DNA of 64,000 nucleotides from Hyaloraphidium curvatum SAG 235-1 (Eukaryota; Fungi; Monoblepharomycota): the NCBI GenBank assembly GCA_025558095.1, contig JAIVFI010000041.1, positions 124,001-188,000 on the forward strand, written 5' to 3'. The translations under genes and the position numbers were made by a program. Shown here piece after piece: positions 11,183 through 22,973 of the stretch (position 1 is the first letter of the stretch; every line of letters begins with the position of its first letter). The notes beneath the pieces are model-generated. The model was not told the DNA's origin and searched no databases. It was given only the letters and a program-made list of their open reading frames with translations.

Positions 11183-11548
11183 TCAACGGAACCCGAATGG
11201 CATCATCATCATCGGGCCTTCACCCGTTGACGTCCGCCGAGCTTCTGTGCCATCTTAGCAAGGGTGTTTCCTCGATCCAATATGTTGTAAGGAAGTGCAA
11301 TTGCTACCTTGCAGTGGAGAGCTCTGCTCAGGTGGCGGGGAAGTCAATGGCACGCCTCCGAGACCATCTTGCCGCAGCAGACGTCCCGAAACCCGCTTCA
11401 TCCTTCCGCGTGTGAAGTCCTAGCCATCTGGCGTTAGAATTATTCCAGATCGGCCGTTGGAGGCGGGATCCAAGAGCGATCGGGTCGGGTTTGGCGACGG
11501 CCACGGGCCGCGGCAACGGAACCGGAAGCGGACCGGCTTTCGGCGCCG

Positions 11549-14190
11549 ATGGCGCACACCCACAGCCACGCGGGCGGCGGGGGCCACGACCATGCCCACG
11601 GCGGCGGCGATGTGCTGGCGGACCTCGTCGGCGGCGACGCGGTGGCGGCTGCGGCGGCGGGCGGGCTGCGCGGCGCCGACGGCCTCACGCGCGCCATCGC
11701 GGGGCTCGACGCCGCGCACGCGGGCAGCGCGCGCGCGGTCGACGGCGCGTGGCGGGCGCTCTCGCTCGCCGTGGCCGCCGGCTGGGCGCGCGACGCGTGG
11801 CGCGGCCGGACAAAGGGCGACGCGCTGCCGGCGCTGCTCCGAATCTGCTTCCCCGCGGCGGCCGGCCCCGAGGCGCTCCTCGCGGCATCCTATGCGGCGA
11901 CTTTAACGGCAAAGACGTTCGCCGGTGTGCGCGTGGCGGCCGGCGAGGCGGCGATCGTCGAGCTGGTCCTCGGCGCCGCCCCCGCCGCCGTCTCCCACTC
12001 GGCGCATTCCGCGGGGCACAGCCATTCGCACGGCATTTCGCACGGACATTCCCATGGTCATGCCTCGCACGGTCACGGGGCCGCTCCACGGGGCCCGCTG
12101 GCCGTGCTGGCCGCCGCGCTGGCCCGCCACCTCCTGGTCGACTGCCTCCCGCTGGTCGTCCTGTCGGGCCTGCTCTCCCTGATCGAACGGACGCTAGCCT
12201 CTCGCTTCCGCACGCGCCTCACGGAGCACCTGTCGCGGCGGTACCTCCTCGGCCGCACCGGCGGCCGCCCCAACCTGCACGCCGTGCGCGCCAAGATCCC
12301 CGACCCCGGCGCCCGGATCTACGCCGACGCGGACCGCTTCGCCAAGGGCCTCGCCGACGTCGGCGGCTGCCTCGTCGGCCCCTTTGTCGACCTCGTCGGC
12401 TTCGCCTGGGCCGCCTGGACGTGGCTCCGCGGCCGCCAAAACTCGGGCGGTCCGCCCCCCCGCAACCCCCTCCTGCAGCCCGCCATCTTCCTCATCCTCC
12501 TCACCGCCCGGCACCTCCCCTCCGCCCCCTGGTCGCAGCTCACCTCGTCCCTGCGCCGGCTGGAATCCCTCCGCGCGCACGCGCACGCGTTGCTGGCGCG
12601 CGACGCCGAGCCGATCGCGCTGCTGAACCAGGGCGGCCCGCCGAGGAGGGAGATGGCGATACTAGCCGAGAGGGAGGCGGAGCACGATGCGTTCGAGGAC
12701 TACGTGGAGCGGGAGAGGGCAAGGGAGGAGCGGTGGGAGGGGTGGATCGTGGGAGACCTTTGGGGCGCGCTGGGGATGCTGGTGCCCGGTTGGAACGTAT
12801 TTGCCTCTGCCGGCTCCCCCGATCCGCACCACGGGCATTCGCATCACGCGCACGGACATTCCGTTGCGGCATCGCACGAGTGCGAGCACGACCATGACCA
12901 CGATGCCCACGGCGGGGGGGCGTCGGCGCTCGAGGTCGCCTCGCACCGCGCCGCCGCCTTCCTCGAGTCGCGCGCGCTGCTGGCCTCGGCAGCCGACGCC
13001 GCGGCGCGGCTGCTGCATGCCAAGCGGGAACTATTGGAGCTGGAGGGTTCGGGGGAGAGGCTGGCCGAGATGGCGAGGGCGCTGGAATCCCCGGACGCTG
13101 TGCCTGGCGCGGGAGTCGTAAGCGAGGGCACCGAGCAGGCGGTCGAGTTTGACGGCACGGATGTTGTTGCGCCAGTGGGGGAGGGATGGGACGCCGGCGA
13201 GCAGGCCGGCGGCGAGGTGCTGGTCCGGGGCCTGACTTTCCGCTGGGAACGGGGCATGAACATCGTGGGTGTTCAAGCGGGATCACGAGGTCTCAATGGT
13301 CTTCTAACGCAACGCTGCGGCAGCTCGTTCGCGGCCCGAACGGCTCCGGCAAGTCTTCCCTCCTCCGCATCTTGGCCGGTCTCTGGCCCGCCGAAGGCGT
13401 CTACTCTCCCGGCTTCGCCGCGCGCCGCGCCGATTCCGGCGCCGGAAGCAGCGGGATCCACCTCACCCCGCAGCGCGTCTACCTCCTCCCAGAGCTCGAC
13501 CTCCTCTCCAACATCCTGTACCCCGCCGCGGTCCCTTCGGACCCGGACGAGCTCCGCGCTCTCCACACCGAGCTCAAGGGCTACCTCGACCTCCTCTCCA
13601 TGACCCACCTCGCACCATACCTGGACCCGTCCTCCCCCCTCTCCTCCCTGCCGATCGGCAACCTCCACCTCCCCCCCTCGGCAACGCACCGCCTCGCCCT
13701 CCTCCGCCCCCTCCTCGCCCGCCCCGCCCCCGCCTTTGCCGTCCTCGACGAAGCCGCCTCCGCCTTGCGCACGCGCGCGGAGGAGCTCGCGTTCTGGGCG
13801 GCGCTCGCGAAAAGGGGGACGTCGGTCGCCGTCGTGAGCCACGGGCAGGTGTGGGGCGCCGAGGAGGGCGTGTTCACGCATAGGCTCGAGTTCCGCGGGC
13901 GGGGGGCGGTGGATGGGGAGTGGGTGTTTGAGAGGATCGGGGAGGGGAAGGGGGAGGCGCCTGCAGGCGCGGCGGATGGGGACGGGCCGTCGTCGGGTTC
14001 CGAGGAGGGGGAGCTGCTGGCCGAGTTTTCGGAAGGGGAGCTGGAGGCGCTGCGGGCGGTCGCGGCGGAGGACGAAGAGGTTGCGCGGCTGGTGGAGGAG
14101 AGGGCGGAGCTGGAGAAGCGGCTCAGGAACCTTGCCGCGGTGCGGAAGAGGAGGGACGAGCTCGCCGTCCTCGTCGCAGGCTTGCGGTGA
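11549..14190 (+). CDS. Divergent ABCD-like half transporter with three His-rich segments, intron at about 13266-13323
   Basis: RFRTRLTEHL..RYL and PDPGARIYADADRF (cf. ABCD NPDQRI..D...F); Walker A VRGPNGSGKSSLLRILAGLWP; Walker B AVLDEAASAL; VVSH. Confidence 0.75.
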
Positions 14191-14431
14191 GGGCGTCGAT
14201 CGCGGCGATCCCGGGTCTTGCGCGGTTCGGTTGCCGACGCAACGGTACCCCGAGAAGTGCAATGTCTCGGAATAGACCTTCTTGACGTCCTTGCCAGATT
14301 ACTTGCGACGATTTGACACTCCGAGCTTTGATCGACGTGCGGCCGCCTGGGTGTGTCGACGCCTCCCAAACAACGTTGAACGTCCTCACTGCAGGACCTC
14401 CCCAAAGCGTCAACAGGCGAAGCGTCTCGAA

Positions 14432-15589
14432 ATGCCCTTCCCTCCGAAACGCGACCTGAGCCAGAACGTCGCTATCGTCACCGGGTGCGCGTGCTGCGCG
14501 ATTCGGCGGGCATGTCTCCCGGCTAATCCTGTCGCCGCAAGCGCGTCTTCGGGCTTCGGCTTGGGGCTAACGCGTCGCCTGGCCGGTCGAGGGTGCCGGG
14601 TGGTGATGGCAGATGTCAACACGGCCGGGGAGAAGATATCTGAAGAGCTGAACTCGACGTACGGCAAGGGGACTGCGGTCTTCTTGAAGACGGACGTGTC
14701 CAAACCCGAGGACGTCGAGCGGATGTTCCAGGTGAGCACTCAGCACTCGCGCCATCTCAAGTGCCTGAGCTTTTGGCTCTTGTCTGACGTTGTCGTTTAG
14801 GTGGCCTTGAAGGAGTGGGAACGGGTCGATATCGTCGCCAACAACGTTGGGCCTCCGTCTCCCTCCGTGACGTGCCCTTGCTGATTCCAGCATCGTCCTT
14901 AGGCCGGCACGGGCGAACGGACCGACTTCTACACGGACGAGACGCGCTCGGGATGGCAGACACAGCTGAGCGTCAATCTCGCCCCTGTCATCCTCGGGAC
15001 GCAGATTGCGATCCAACAGGCCAAGAAACAAGGCCGCGACTGCGTCGTATTGAACACTGCGTCGCTTGCCGGCCTTTACCCGCAATCAGGCAGTGTTATC
15101 TATGTATTTTCGGTGGTACCCTGTGTTTTGGCGCCTACGCTAATGCCCACTTTGACAGGCAACCGTCAAGGGCGCGATCGTTCACATGGTTCGGGGCATG
15201 AAGTTCCTCGGTGACGACAAGGCCGAGTCGCCCAAGATCCGCGTGGTGGCCATCTGCCCTTCGTTCTCGCCGACGGGCATGCAGACTCGCATCGACCTGC
15301 CTCTGGTTCCGTCCGAGATGGTCGTCGACGCGATGATGCACGCGATTGGTGTGTCGTAAAGCTCGTTACTCGAACGTGTCGTTAACCGAATGTGTCTTCA
15401 GAGGACACGACGATCGCGGGCGAAGCCATCCGGATAACGCCCGAAAACGGCATCGAGATCCAGTACTTCAGCTCCAGAGGCAACAAAAGACGCCTGGAAT
15501 CTGATCTCCCGACGCGCGTGGCCGGCAGTGCCGAGAAGAGGCCCGAGAATGCGATGACGCCCGGCGCCGGCGTGCGGGGCAAGCTCTGA
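14432..15589 (+). CDS. Short-chain dehydrogenase/reductase (15-hydroxyprostaglandin dehydrogenase-like), multi-exon
   Basis: Spliced VAIVTGASSGFG; VFLKTDVS; NNAG; VLNTASLAGLYP. Confidence 0.8.
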
Positions 15590-15667
15590 AGCAGTCTGAT
15601 GTACTTTTTCCCAATCACCCAACCAAAAGACTCGTCTATCTACAGAAACTGAATCAAAGCTATGCTC

Positions 15668-15784
15668 TGTACGCGGCCAACAATGCGATACCCTCCAGCT
15701 CTCCGTTTGCGATGAAGTCGTCGAGCGTCTACGCGGCCGAGACCGCGAAACCCTCCAGCTCTCCGTTCGCGATGAAGTCGTCGA
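15668..15784. repeat. 60-bp-period tandem duplication spanning the BVMO stop codon
   Basis: Lines 15661 and 15721 align at exactly 60 bp: acgcggcc..ccctccagctctccgtt.gcgatgaagtcgtcga. Confidence 0.9.
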
Positions 15785-18519
15785 TCTTCTTGCGGTAGGC
15801 AAGCGCGCCAGCCCCGAAGAATTGGGCGCGGTTGACGCTGCGAAGCTTGGCGAGATCGCCTTCGGCTGCATGGGAGGCAAAAGGAGAGTAAGCATCCAGC
15901 CATTGGAACCAGCGTACGATCTGCGCACCGTTGTAATAGCCTGTAGCAAATGCCAAACAAGCATTGGTCGTCAGCAAACATCCCCGACATGCCCGAGAAG
16001 CAAACGCACCGGGCGTGCACTCTTGCGCGAACTCGGGGTTGAACCTCGGGTTGTTCCTGGTCACGCTGAGCACCTCCTCGGTCCAGGCTTCCTCGGCTTC
16101 CCTCGTGCACTCGACCGTCTGCAGGCCCTTTTTCACGGCGGTCGCGATGATGTGGCTGATCATCCTGGCTTGGTCCTGGAGATGCAGCAGTGGTTAGTTA
16201 GACGCAGCGGAAAGAAACAGAGAAACGACAACATTGTAGATTGAGGGGAAGTTAACAGAGACAGCACTCTGCGCGTTGCCGAACTGCATTGATAGGAGTC
16301 AGCAGCAGCACGTCGCGGACGTTTGCAGCGACCAAACCATGAAGTAATTGGGCAGTTCTGAAGTGGCAACGCCGTACTTGGTGGCGAAACCGTCGTTCTT
16401 CTCGAACTTCTCCGCCATCGTCAAACCGGTTCTGCCGACGATCCGGTACTCGTGGTGCTGCCCAATCAAACCCGTGATGGTGAATCCTGCGAAGAAATGC
16501 ATCATGATCCCGGCCGCAGACTTCGTATGCCCTTCAAACCCGACCTGTCGACCAAATGATCACGTCGACCTTGTACTCTTTTCCGTCGACGACGATCCCG
16601 TCCGGCGTGATCTTCTCGATGCCTTTGGAAACCGAGGTGTCGACCAGCTCCACGTTCGGGCGGTTGAAAGTGGGAAGGTACAAATCGCTGTAGACCGGAC
16701 GCTTGCAATAGAGGTTGTCTGGAGGAGGATAGGGGAGGATAGGGATGTCAGACGGTGTCCACACGAAGCAACAGCAGCAAACCAACACCACGGCTTCAAG
16801 AGCTCCGCCGTCCGCTTGTCCTTGACAACCTCGTCGCAACGCCTCCGAATCCTCTCCATGTGTTTGAAGTCTGCGAGCTGCATCAGCTCGCGGAAGGTGT
16901 ACTTGGATTCGCCGCCGGTCTTCTCGCTGGCCTTCCACAGGCTGAACAGGGCGCGGTTCGAGTTCGAGAACCCATCATCCAGGTGAATCTTCGGCTCGCC
17001 ACCAGTTGCCAGGAGCTGGAAGGCATAGTCTCGCTCCGCCTGCCAACCTTTGGGCAGCGACTTGTACCACTCGGGGCTAGGGGGAGCACAACAATCAGAC
17101 TGAACTCATTACGCCAAGGCGCGTAGCTCACTCGGTCTCCTTCTGGTCACGCACGTCGATCGCCGACGGGGTGCGTTGGAAGACGTAGAGCTTCTTGCAG
17201 CTTTCCCCGAGGTACGGAATCGCCTGGATGGCAGTGGCTCCGGTCCCTGCGATGACAGAGGCAGCCATCAGCGCTGTCGTAGAATCTTGTGCGCGGATTC
17301 CCACCGATGATCGCCACCGTCTTGTCTGCCAACTTCGAGAGGTGGTAATCACCCTCCATGGGATTCCCGCCGGTAAAGCCATAATCCCAGCGTGCGGTGT
17401 GGAACTCCTTGCCCTTGAAAGAATCGATTCCCTCGACGTCGGGCAGGTGCGGGTGGTTGAGAGGCCCCCCGCAAGTCACGAGGAACTTGGAAACGATCGT
17501 GTCTCCCCGATCGGTCGTGGCGCGCCACACTTTGTCCTTGTCGTCCCATTCGGCCGTCTTGAGCGATGTCTGGAAGACAGCGTTGTCGTAGAGTTTGAAG
17601 TGGGTGGCCATCCGCCAGCAGTGACGCAGAATCTCGGGCGCCATAGCGTCTGGAGCGAGCGAAGCTTGGTCAGACGTCCAGACGACCGCAGGAGATCACC
17701 GTAACTCGCATTTCATTGTCGGCATGTAGCCGGTTTCCTCCAACAGCGGCAAGTAGCCTATGGCAAGTACAGTAAGGAAGTGAAGCAGCATTGAGAGTAG
17801 GTGGTAGCACGTACAGTAGGCTGGTTGGAACGGAGAGGAGAGGAGAGCAGGTGAACGGAAAGTGAAGGGAAGGAGAACGGGGAAGGGGAGGAGAACAGGA
17901 AGAGGACGGTGAGTCCGGACGGCATGGCTTTTCTCCGCCACGTGATCCACCTTCGGAGTCGCAGGCAGCGCCGGGATAACTGGATCGGGTGTCAGCCTGA
18001 TTCGCAAGCCGATTGGCCAACAGAGAGAGTTCAGAGACCCACCGATTCCAATACCACGTCCCTCCAAAGTTCCCAGCGGCATCCAGGATCTTGAAGTCCT
18101 CGATTCCAGCTTGCTTCAGCTTCGCGCCCAGCTGGATTCCCGAAAAGCCGGCCCCGGTAATCAGGACGGTGGTCTCGATTTTCATCGGCTCGCGCTCCTT
18201 CAGCGGAGTCCACGGGTCCGTCAGCCAGTGGGAGTACTTGGCCCCCTTGCCCTCGCCGATCGTGATGTACTGTTGCTGTCTGTCGCCGCGGAGTCGGCGA
18301 TCCCTCTCGGCCAAATATTTTTCCTTGAGCTGTCGGATGGCATTGGAGAACAGGCAGCAACGTTCAGAGAGCCCCGGAACAGAAGAGAGCAGAGGAGCGT
18401 GGGTTGACAGCGGGGTGGGAGAGCACGAAGCGTTCAGACGAGCGCGCGACACGAAAAGCCGAGGAACTCACGGCAACGGGATCAAAGTCAAAGTTCCAGA
18501 TGTCTTCCTGGGCTGCCAT
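15729..18519 (-). CDS. Baeyer-Villiger monooxygenase (type I), many introns
   Basis: [14 protein letters not shown]; GAGFSG; [17 protein letters not shown]; fingerprint [12 protein letters not shown]; GTGATAIQ; FQRTPS; ECTPGYYN. Confidence 0.9.
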
Positions 18520-18825
18520 TGTTGCTTTCGTGCTCAAAGGGGTCCGACGGAACGATTGGGGCCGGCCAAACTCGGCCCGAAGTGCTGGCGGTTCTGAACG
18601 ACTCCGCCTCTCGGACGACTTCTGTCGGCGCCAGACGAAGCGCAGTAATAGCGCAGGAGTCGGAACGGAGACGCGCAGGAGCTTTGTCGGGTAGCCGCAC
18701 TATTTGGCGTTTGTAGCCACACGTCGGCGTTGAGGATTCGTTGTGGCAAGGCGATCGGCGCTTCCGTGGGAGGCATCACTCTTGCGAGAACAAAGCGCAA
18801 CTAATTCGGGCCTCACCAAGATCGT

Positions 18826-21800
18826 TCAGAGATCGTCTTCGCCCTCCCAGGTTCCCGCAGCCTTCCGCTGCGCCACCATCCCCTCGACCCACTTGCCGAT
18901 CCGATCGCCGAACCGTTCCGTGAACCTCATCCGCATCTGCGCAATCTCCATCCCCTTCTTGACGTACAGCCCAGCCATGCGCGGCATCGTGTGCCTGCAG
19001 TCCGGATCCGGGTCGTTGAAGCGATCCGCGTCGGAGGTCGAACAGAGCCCGTACTCGCGCTTGAACCAGTCGTTCATGTCGCGAATGTGGATTGGAGAGC
19101 CCAGGGTGGAGGCAATCACCTTGAGCACCTCTCCGAATCTGATCGGCGGCGTCAGAGAAGCGTCACAAGGCGCGCGCTGAACGTGCCCACCTTTGGCCGA
19201 TTGGCCCGATGTTGTACCGGCGCATCAGGTCCTCCCAGTTCTCGCGGAAGAAGGTCCAGGTCTCGAAGTTGGCTTCGTACGACGACGATGTGATCCAAAT
19301 AAGGGCCCTGAACGTGTCCTGGAGCCGGACTGCGGGGCTGGTGACGAACAGGAGGTTCCGACGGACGAGGAACAGCGGCTTGGCCATGCACATGGCATGC
19401 AGGATGCGCTGCTGCTCCGTCGCAAACGTAGCGTTGTGGAACATGGCCTGCAGCATCTCGTGCTCGCGCTCGTTGCCGCTGAGGGGCAGTTCAGCACACT
19501 GTTTAACAGTTCGTGACTGGAGAACCGCTCACCCTATCATGGCCGAATCGTAGATAACGTCCAGCACGTCGGGCGTCACGGCCGGCTTCGCCAGCTCCTC
19601 CGGAGTGTAGCCAGCGCCGGACTCGACCTCCCATTGCTTGAGCTCCTTCCGCACGGCCACCTCCCCGCTGGCAATGCTGTCAAACAGGTGCTTCGCCCTC
19701 TTGACCGTCCCGTGTTCGCCGATCGCCACGGCGAACCTCAGCAGCATGGTCCGCAGCAGCCTCCTGACGTGCGGATCGCGCCGCTCCTCGTCCCACCCGA
19801 CCTGCTTGATCGCCGGGCGGCACAGGAGCTGGAGCCACTTCTTGACGAGCCCGTAGCTGGGGTGGACCTCGAACGCGCCGTGAAAGAAGGCGCGCTGGAT
19901 CGAAGCGATGGTCACCGACCACACCACGAGGTCCTCCTCGGCCAGGAGTGGGCGGAGCAGCTTGTCGAACAGGATGAGGGTCGACTCGATGTCGTCCGAG
20001 CGGCCGCTAAGCGACATGGAGATGGCGTCCGAAAGCAGGCCCGCGCGGCCGACGGGAGGCAGGAAGAAGGACTTTTCGATCCAGTCGGCAAACACTCGGA
20101 TGTCGCCGGGAGGATCTGAAAGAACGAGTTAGGCAAGATGACACCGAAACACGGTTGCCTCACATTGAACGCGGTAGAAGGCGGTCTGCCTGAAGTTTGC
20201 CTTAACCAGCTTCATGTCACACCCGGCCTGCCAGTCGTTGCAGTGCCCGATTCCCGAAAGCACCATCTCCCGCTCCTTCATCAGCACCGTCTGCGGCTGC
20301 CCGACCGGCACGGGGATCCCGCCCTCCGACGCGTTGGTGTACACCTGGTACGAGAACGGGATCCACCACGTCGTGTTGTCGGCGGGGAGCGACGGGTCCT
20401 GGCAGCAGTGGCTGTGGAAGTAGCGTTCCTGCCTCAGGTGCAAGCTGCCGTCGGGCAGCGGGGTCATAATGACGACGGGGAAGCCCTCCTGCTCCGTCCA
20501 GGTCGACATGGTGCGGCCGACGCCAAAGACGGGGGCGTCGCCGGTGTGGTTGTGCGGCGGGTGCTTCTCGGAATGGTTGTGGTGGTGGAGGTCCAGCTTG
20601 GCCCAGAGGTCCGCCGTGGTAGCGGTCCCGTACGCGTAGGTCGAGAGGTACGAGTGCATGCGGCGGAAGAAGTAGTCCGGGTGGTAGGGGTCGGGCTGCA
20701 CCGGCGAGTAGGAAAGGGGTGCGGGGGAGGCAACGAGGGCATCGGAGCCGGGAAGGACCAACGTCCGCTGGGCCGGCACCCTGTCCTCCGTCGGAGGCGG
20801 CGGGTTCGTAACGTTCTTCCTGGCCTCGTTCACCCAGGCGCGGAGCATCCGGATGAGCGAGCTGCCCTTGGAGTACGTGATCCTGCCATGGCATCAAGGT
20901 AAGCATTATCGAAAGGCCAACTGCCGAGTGGCACCCACGCGTCGAAAGCTTCCTCGATCTCTCCCGGCGTCTTGAGGTTCTTGTTCACCACCGCGTGCGT
21001 CCACCGCCCCGCGTCCTCCCACAGGCTCGACTCCTCCTCGCCGCCGAAGAACTGCTCCTCCATCCGCCAGTTTTCGTTCTCGCTCAGGCCGTACTCCTCC
21101 GCGCCGAGGTTCTCGACGTACTGCGCAAAGCCCTCGTTCAGCCAGAGGTCGTCCCACCTGGAACATGTGGATCAGAAGACGTTCGCAGGGATACGGCATG
21201 CCGAAACCCACCAGCGCATGGTCACCAGATCGCCGGTCCAGAGGTGCGCCAGCTCGTGGGCCACCGTCGCCGCGACGGTCTGCTTGTCCTGCGTCGAGCT
21301 GCGCACGGGGTCGTACAGCAGCGACGTGGAGCGGAACGTGACCAGCCCCCAGTTCTCCATTGCGCCGCTGGCAAAGTCCGGTATGGCGATCAGGTCCAGC
21401 TTGGGCAGCGGGTACGGGATGCGATACAGCCGCGAGTAGAAGGGGAGGCAGGCCATGGCGACGCGGAGGGAGAGGGATGCGGTGTGTGCCTGCCCGGGAG
21501 GGAAGAAGATGGAGATGCGGACCGGCTTTGTGGAGCCTTGCTCGGCGGGGGAATCGTTGCTGCTGTCTACCGGCTCCGGGGCGTAGAGCGGCATGTAGAC
21601 GGTGGAAGAAACGCTTTCAAAAGCCGAAACGACGTAGGCCACGAGGTAGCTCGACATGGCGGGGGTCGAGCCGAACTCGGCCGTCCGCCAGCTGCCCTCG
21701 CGCTCCTTCATGCCCGAAGACCAGGTCGGGGCTCCGCCCTCGCCCTCGCGCAGCAGCGGCATGTTGAAAAGGGTGCGGAAGCGGTGCCGTGTGTGGCTCA

Positions 21801-22734
21801 CGAGCGAGAAGGCGGCCTTGAAGATGGGCTCGTCGAGGCAGGGGAAGGCGCGGCGCGCGTCCGTGGACTCGAACTGCGTGCTGGAGAGCCAGCGCGTCTC
21901 CCCGCGCTCTTCATAGCTGCTCCGGTAGTAGCCGAGCAGGCTTTCTTCCAGCTTGCCGCGGAACGGCAGGCGCAGCGTGTAGCCGCGCCCAGGTACCATG
22001 GTCGCGGGCAGCCCCGGTTCGGGCTTGAACCTTGGCGACGAAAGGCGGAGGAAAAGCTGCTCATTGGTGTGCATCGAGATGTTGAGCGGCACTGGGTGGA
22101 AGGTCTTTGCCGGTGGGCGGCGACCGTGATCGTCGCCCGCAGGACGAGGGTCTGATCCGACGGGCGGGATCAGCGACAGGGAGCTTTCATCCCCCGCGCT
22201 CTCGGTCCGGTTCCGCTCCGCGATCTCGGCCGCACCGAGCTCCATGTCCGCATAGTTGAGCACCAGGAAATCTGTCTCGTTGTCGACGTGGAAGTCCATC
22301 TCGACCACGCCGCGGAACGAGAACTCGTCCTCCGGCCCGTCGAGCGGATCCTGCCCCGCCCGCCCGCGATCTGCCGCATCGCGCCACTCGAGTTCCGTGA
22401 CGAGCTCGATCCGGTACCAGTCCGGCCGCACGTGCGGCGGCAGGCGGAAGTTGTCCCACGCGGCGTCGGCGGGCGCGCCGACCAGCGGGAAGCTGTAGGG
22501 CGGCGCGCCGGGCAGGTCGGGCGGCGAGACGGAGCCCGCCGAATGCAGCTGTCCGCGGCCGAGCAGCCACACCGCCGCGGGCAGCGCCGGCCGAAGGAAC
22601 GCCCCCGCGAGCAGCAGCGGCGGAAGCCATCTCCACGCCGCCGCGCGCCGCCGCGGCCCCGTGTCCGCCGCATCGGCACGCTTTTTAATTGAATGGAGGA
22701 GCCCCCGCTCGAGCGCATCCGGCGCGGACGCCAT
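18826..22734 (-). CDS. M1 family aminopeptidase (APN/ERAP-like) with ERAP1_C domain, multi-exon
   Basis: FRLPPHVRP, TQFESTDARRAFPCLDEP, GAMENWGL, HELAH, LWLNEGFA, ITYSKGSS, WTEQEGFPVV. Confidence 0.95.
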
Positions 22735-22973
22735 CGCCAGTCGAGGGAGCAGGATGCCGATTTCGGGGACCCACGAGCCGCGGGTGATCCTACGCTACCC
22801 GAACCGCAATCGTCATCCACGCCCCGAGCGTCCACCATCAGGCCTTTCCATCACTTCCTGCTATCTGTGGCAGACACCGCAAGCAATCGGAGGCTATGTC
22901 GCATTGGATGCTCTGGTTTGGCATGTTCTACATTCTGTAAACGGAAATGTGAAGGGCGGGGGGCTCGCGACGC

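Noticed and set aside
15668-15784. Possible CRISPR-like repeat
   Set aside because: Only two adjacent copies with no spacer, derived from coding sequence; eukaryotic context and no cas genes.
17830-17910. Purine-rich (GA) tract
   Set aside because: It is the polypyrimidine-rich intron of the minus-strand BVMO gene, not an independent element.
9771-18519. Possible biosynthetic gene cluster (2OG dioxygenase, ABC, SDR, BVMO)
   Set aside because: No backbone synthase (PKS, NRPS or terpene cyclase) or cluster regulator; such oxidoreductases are scattered across the whole window.
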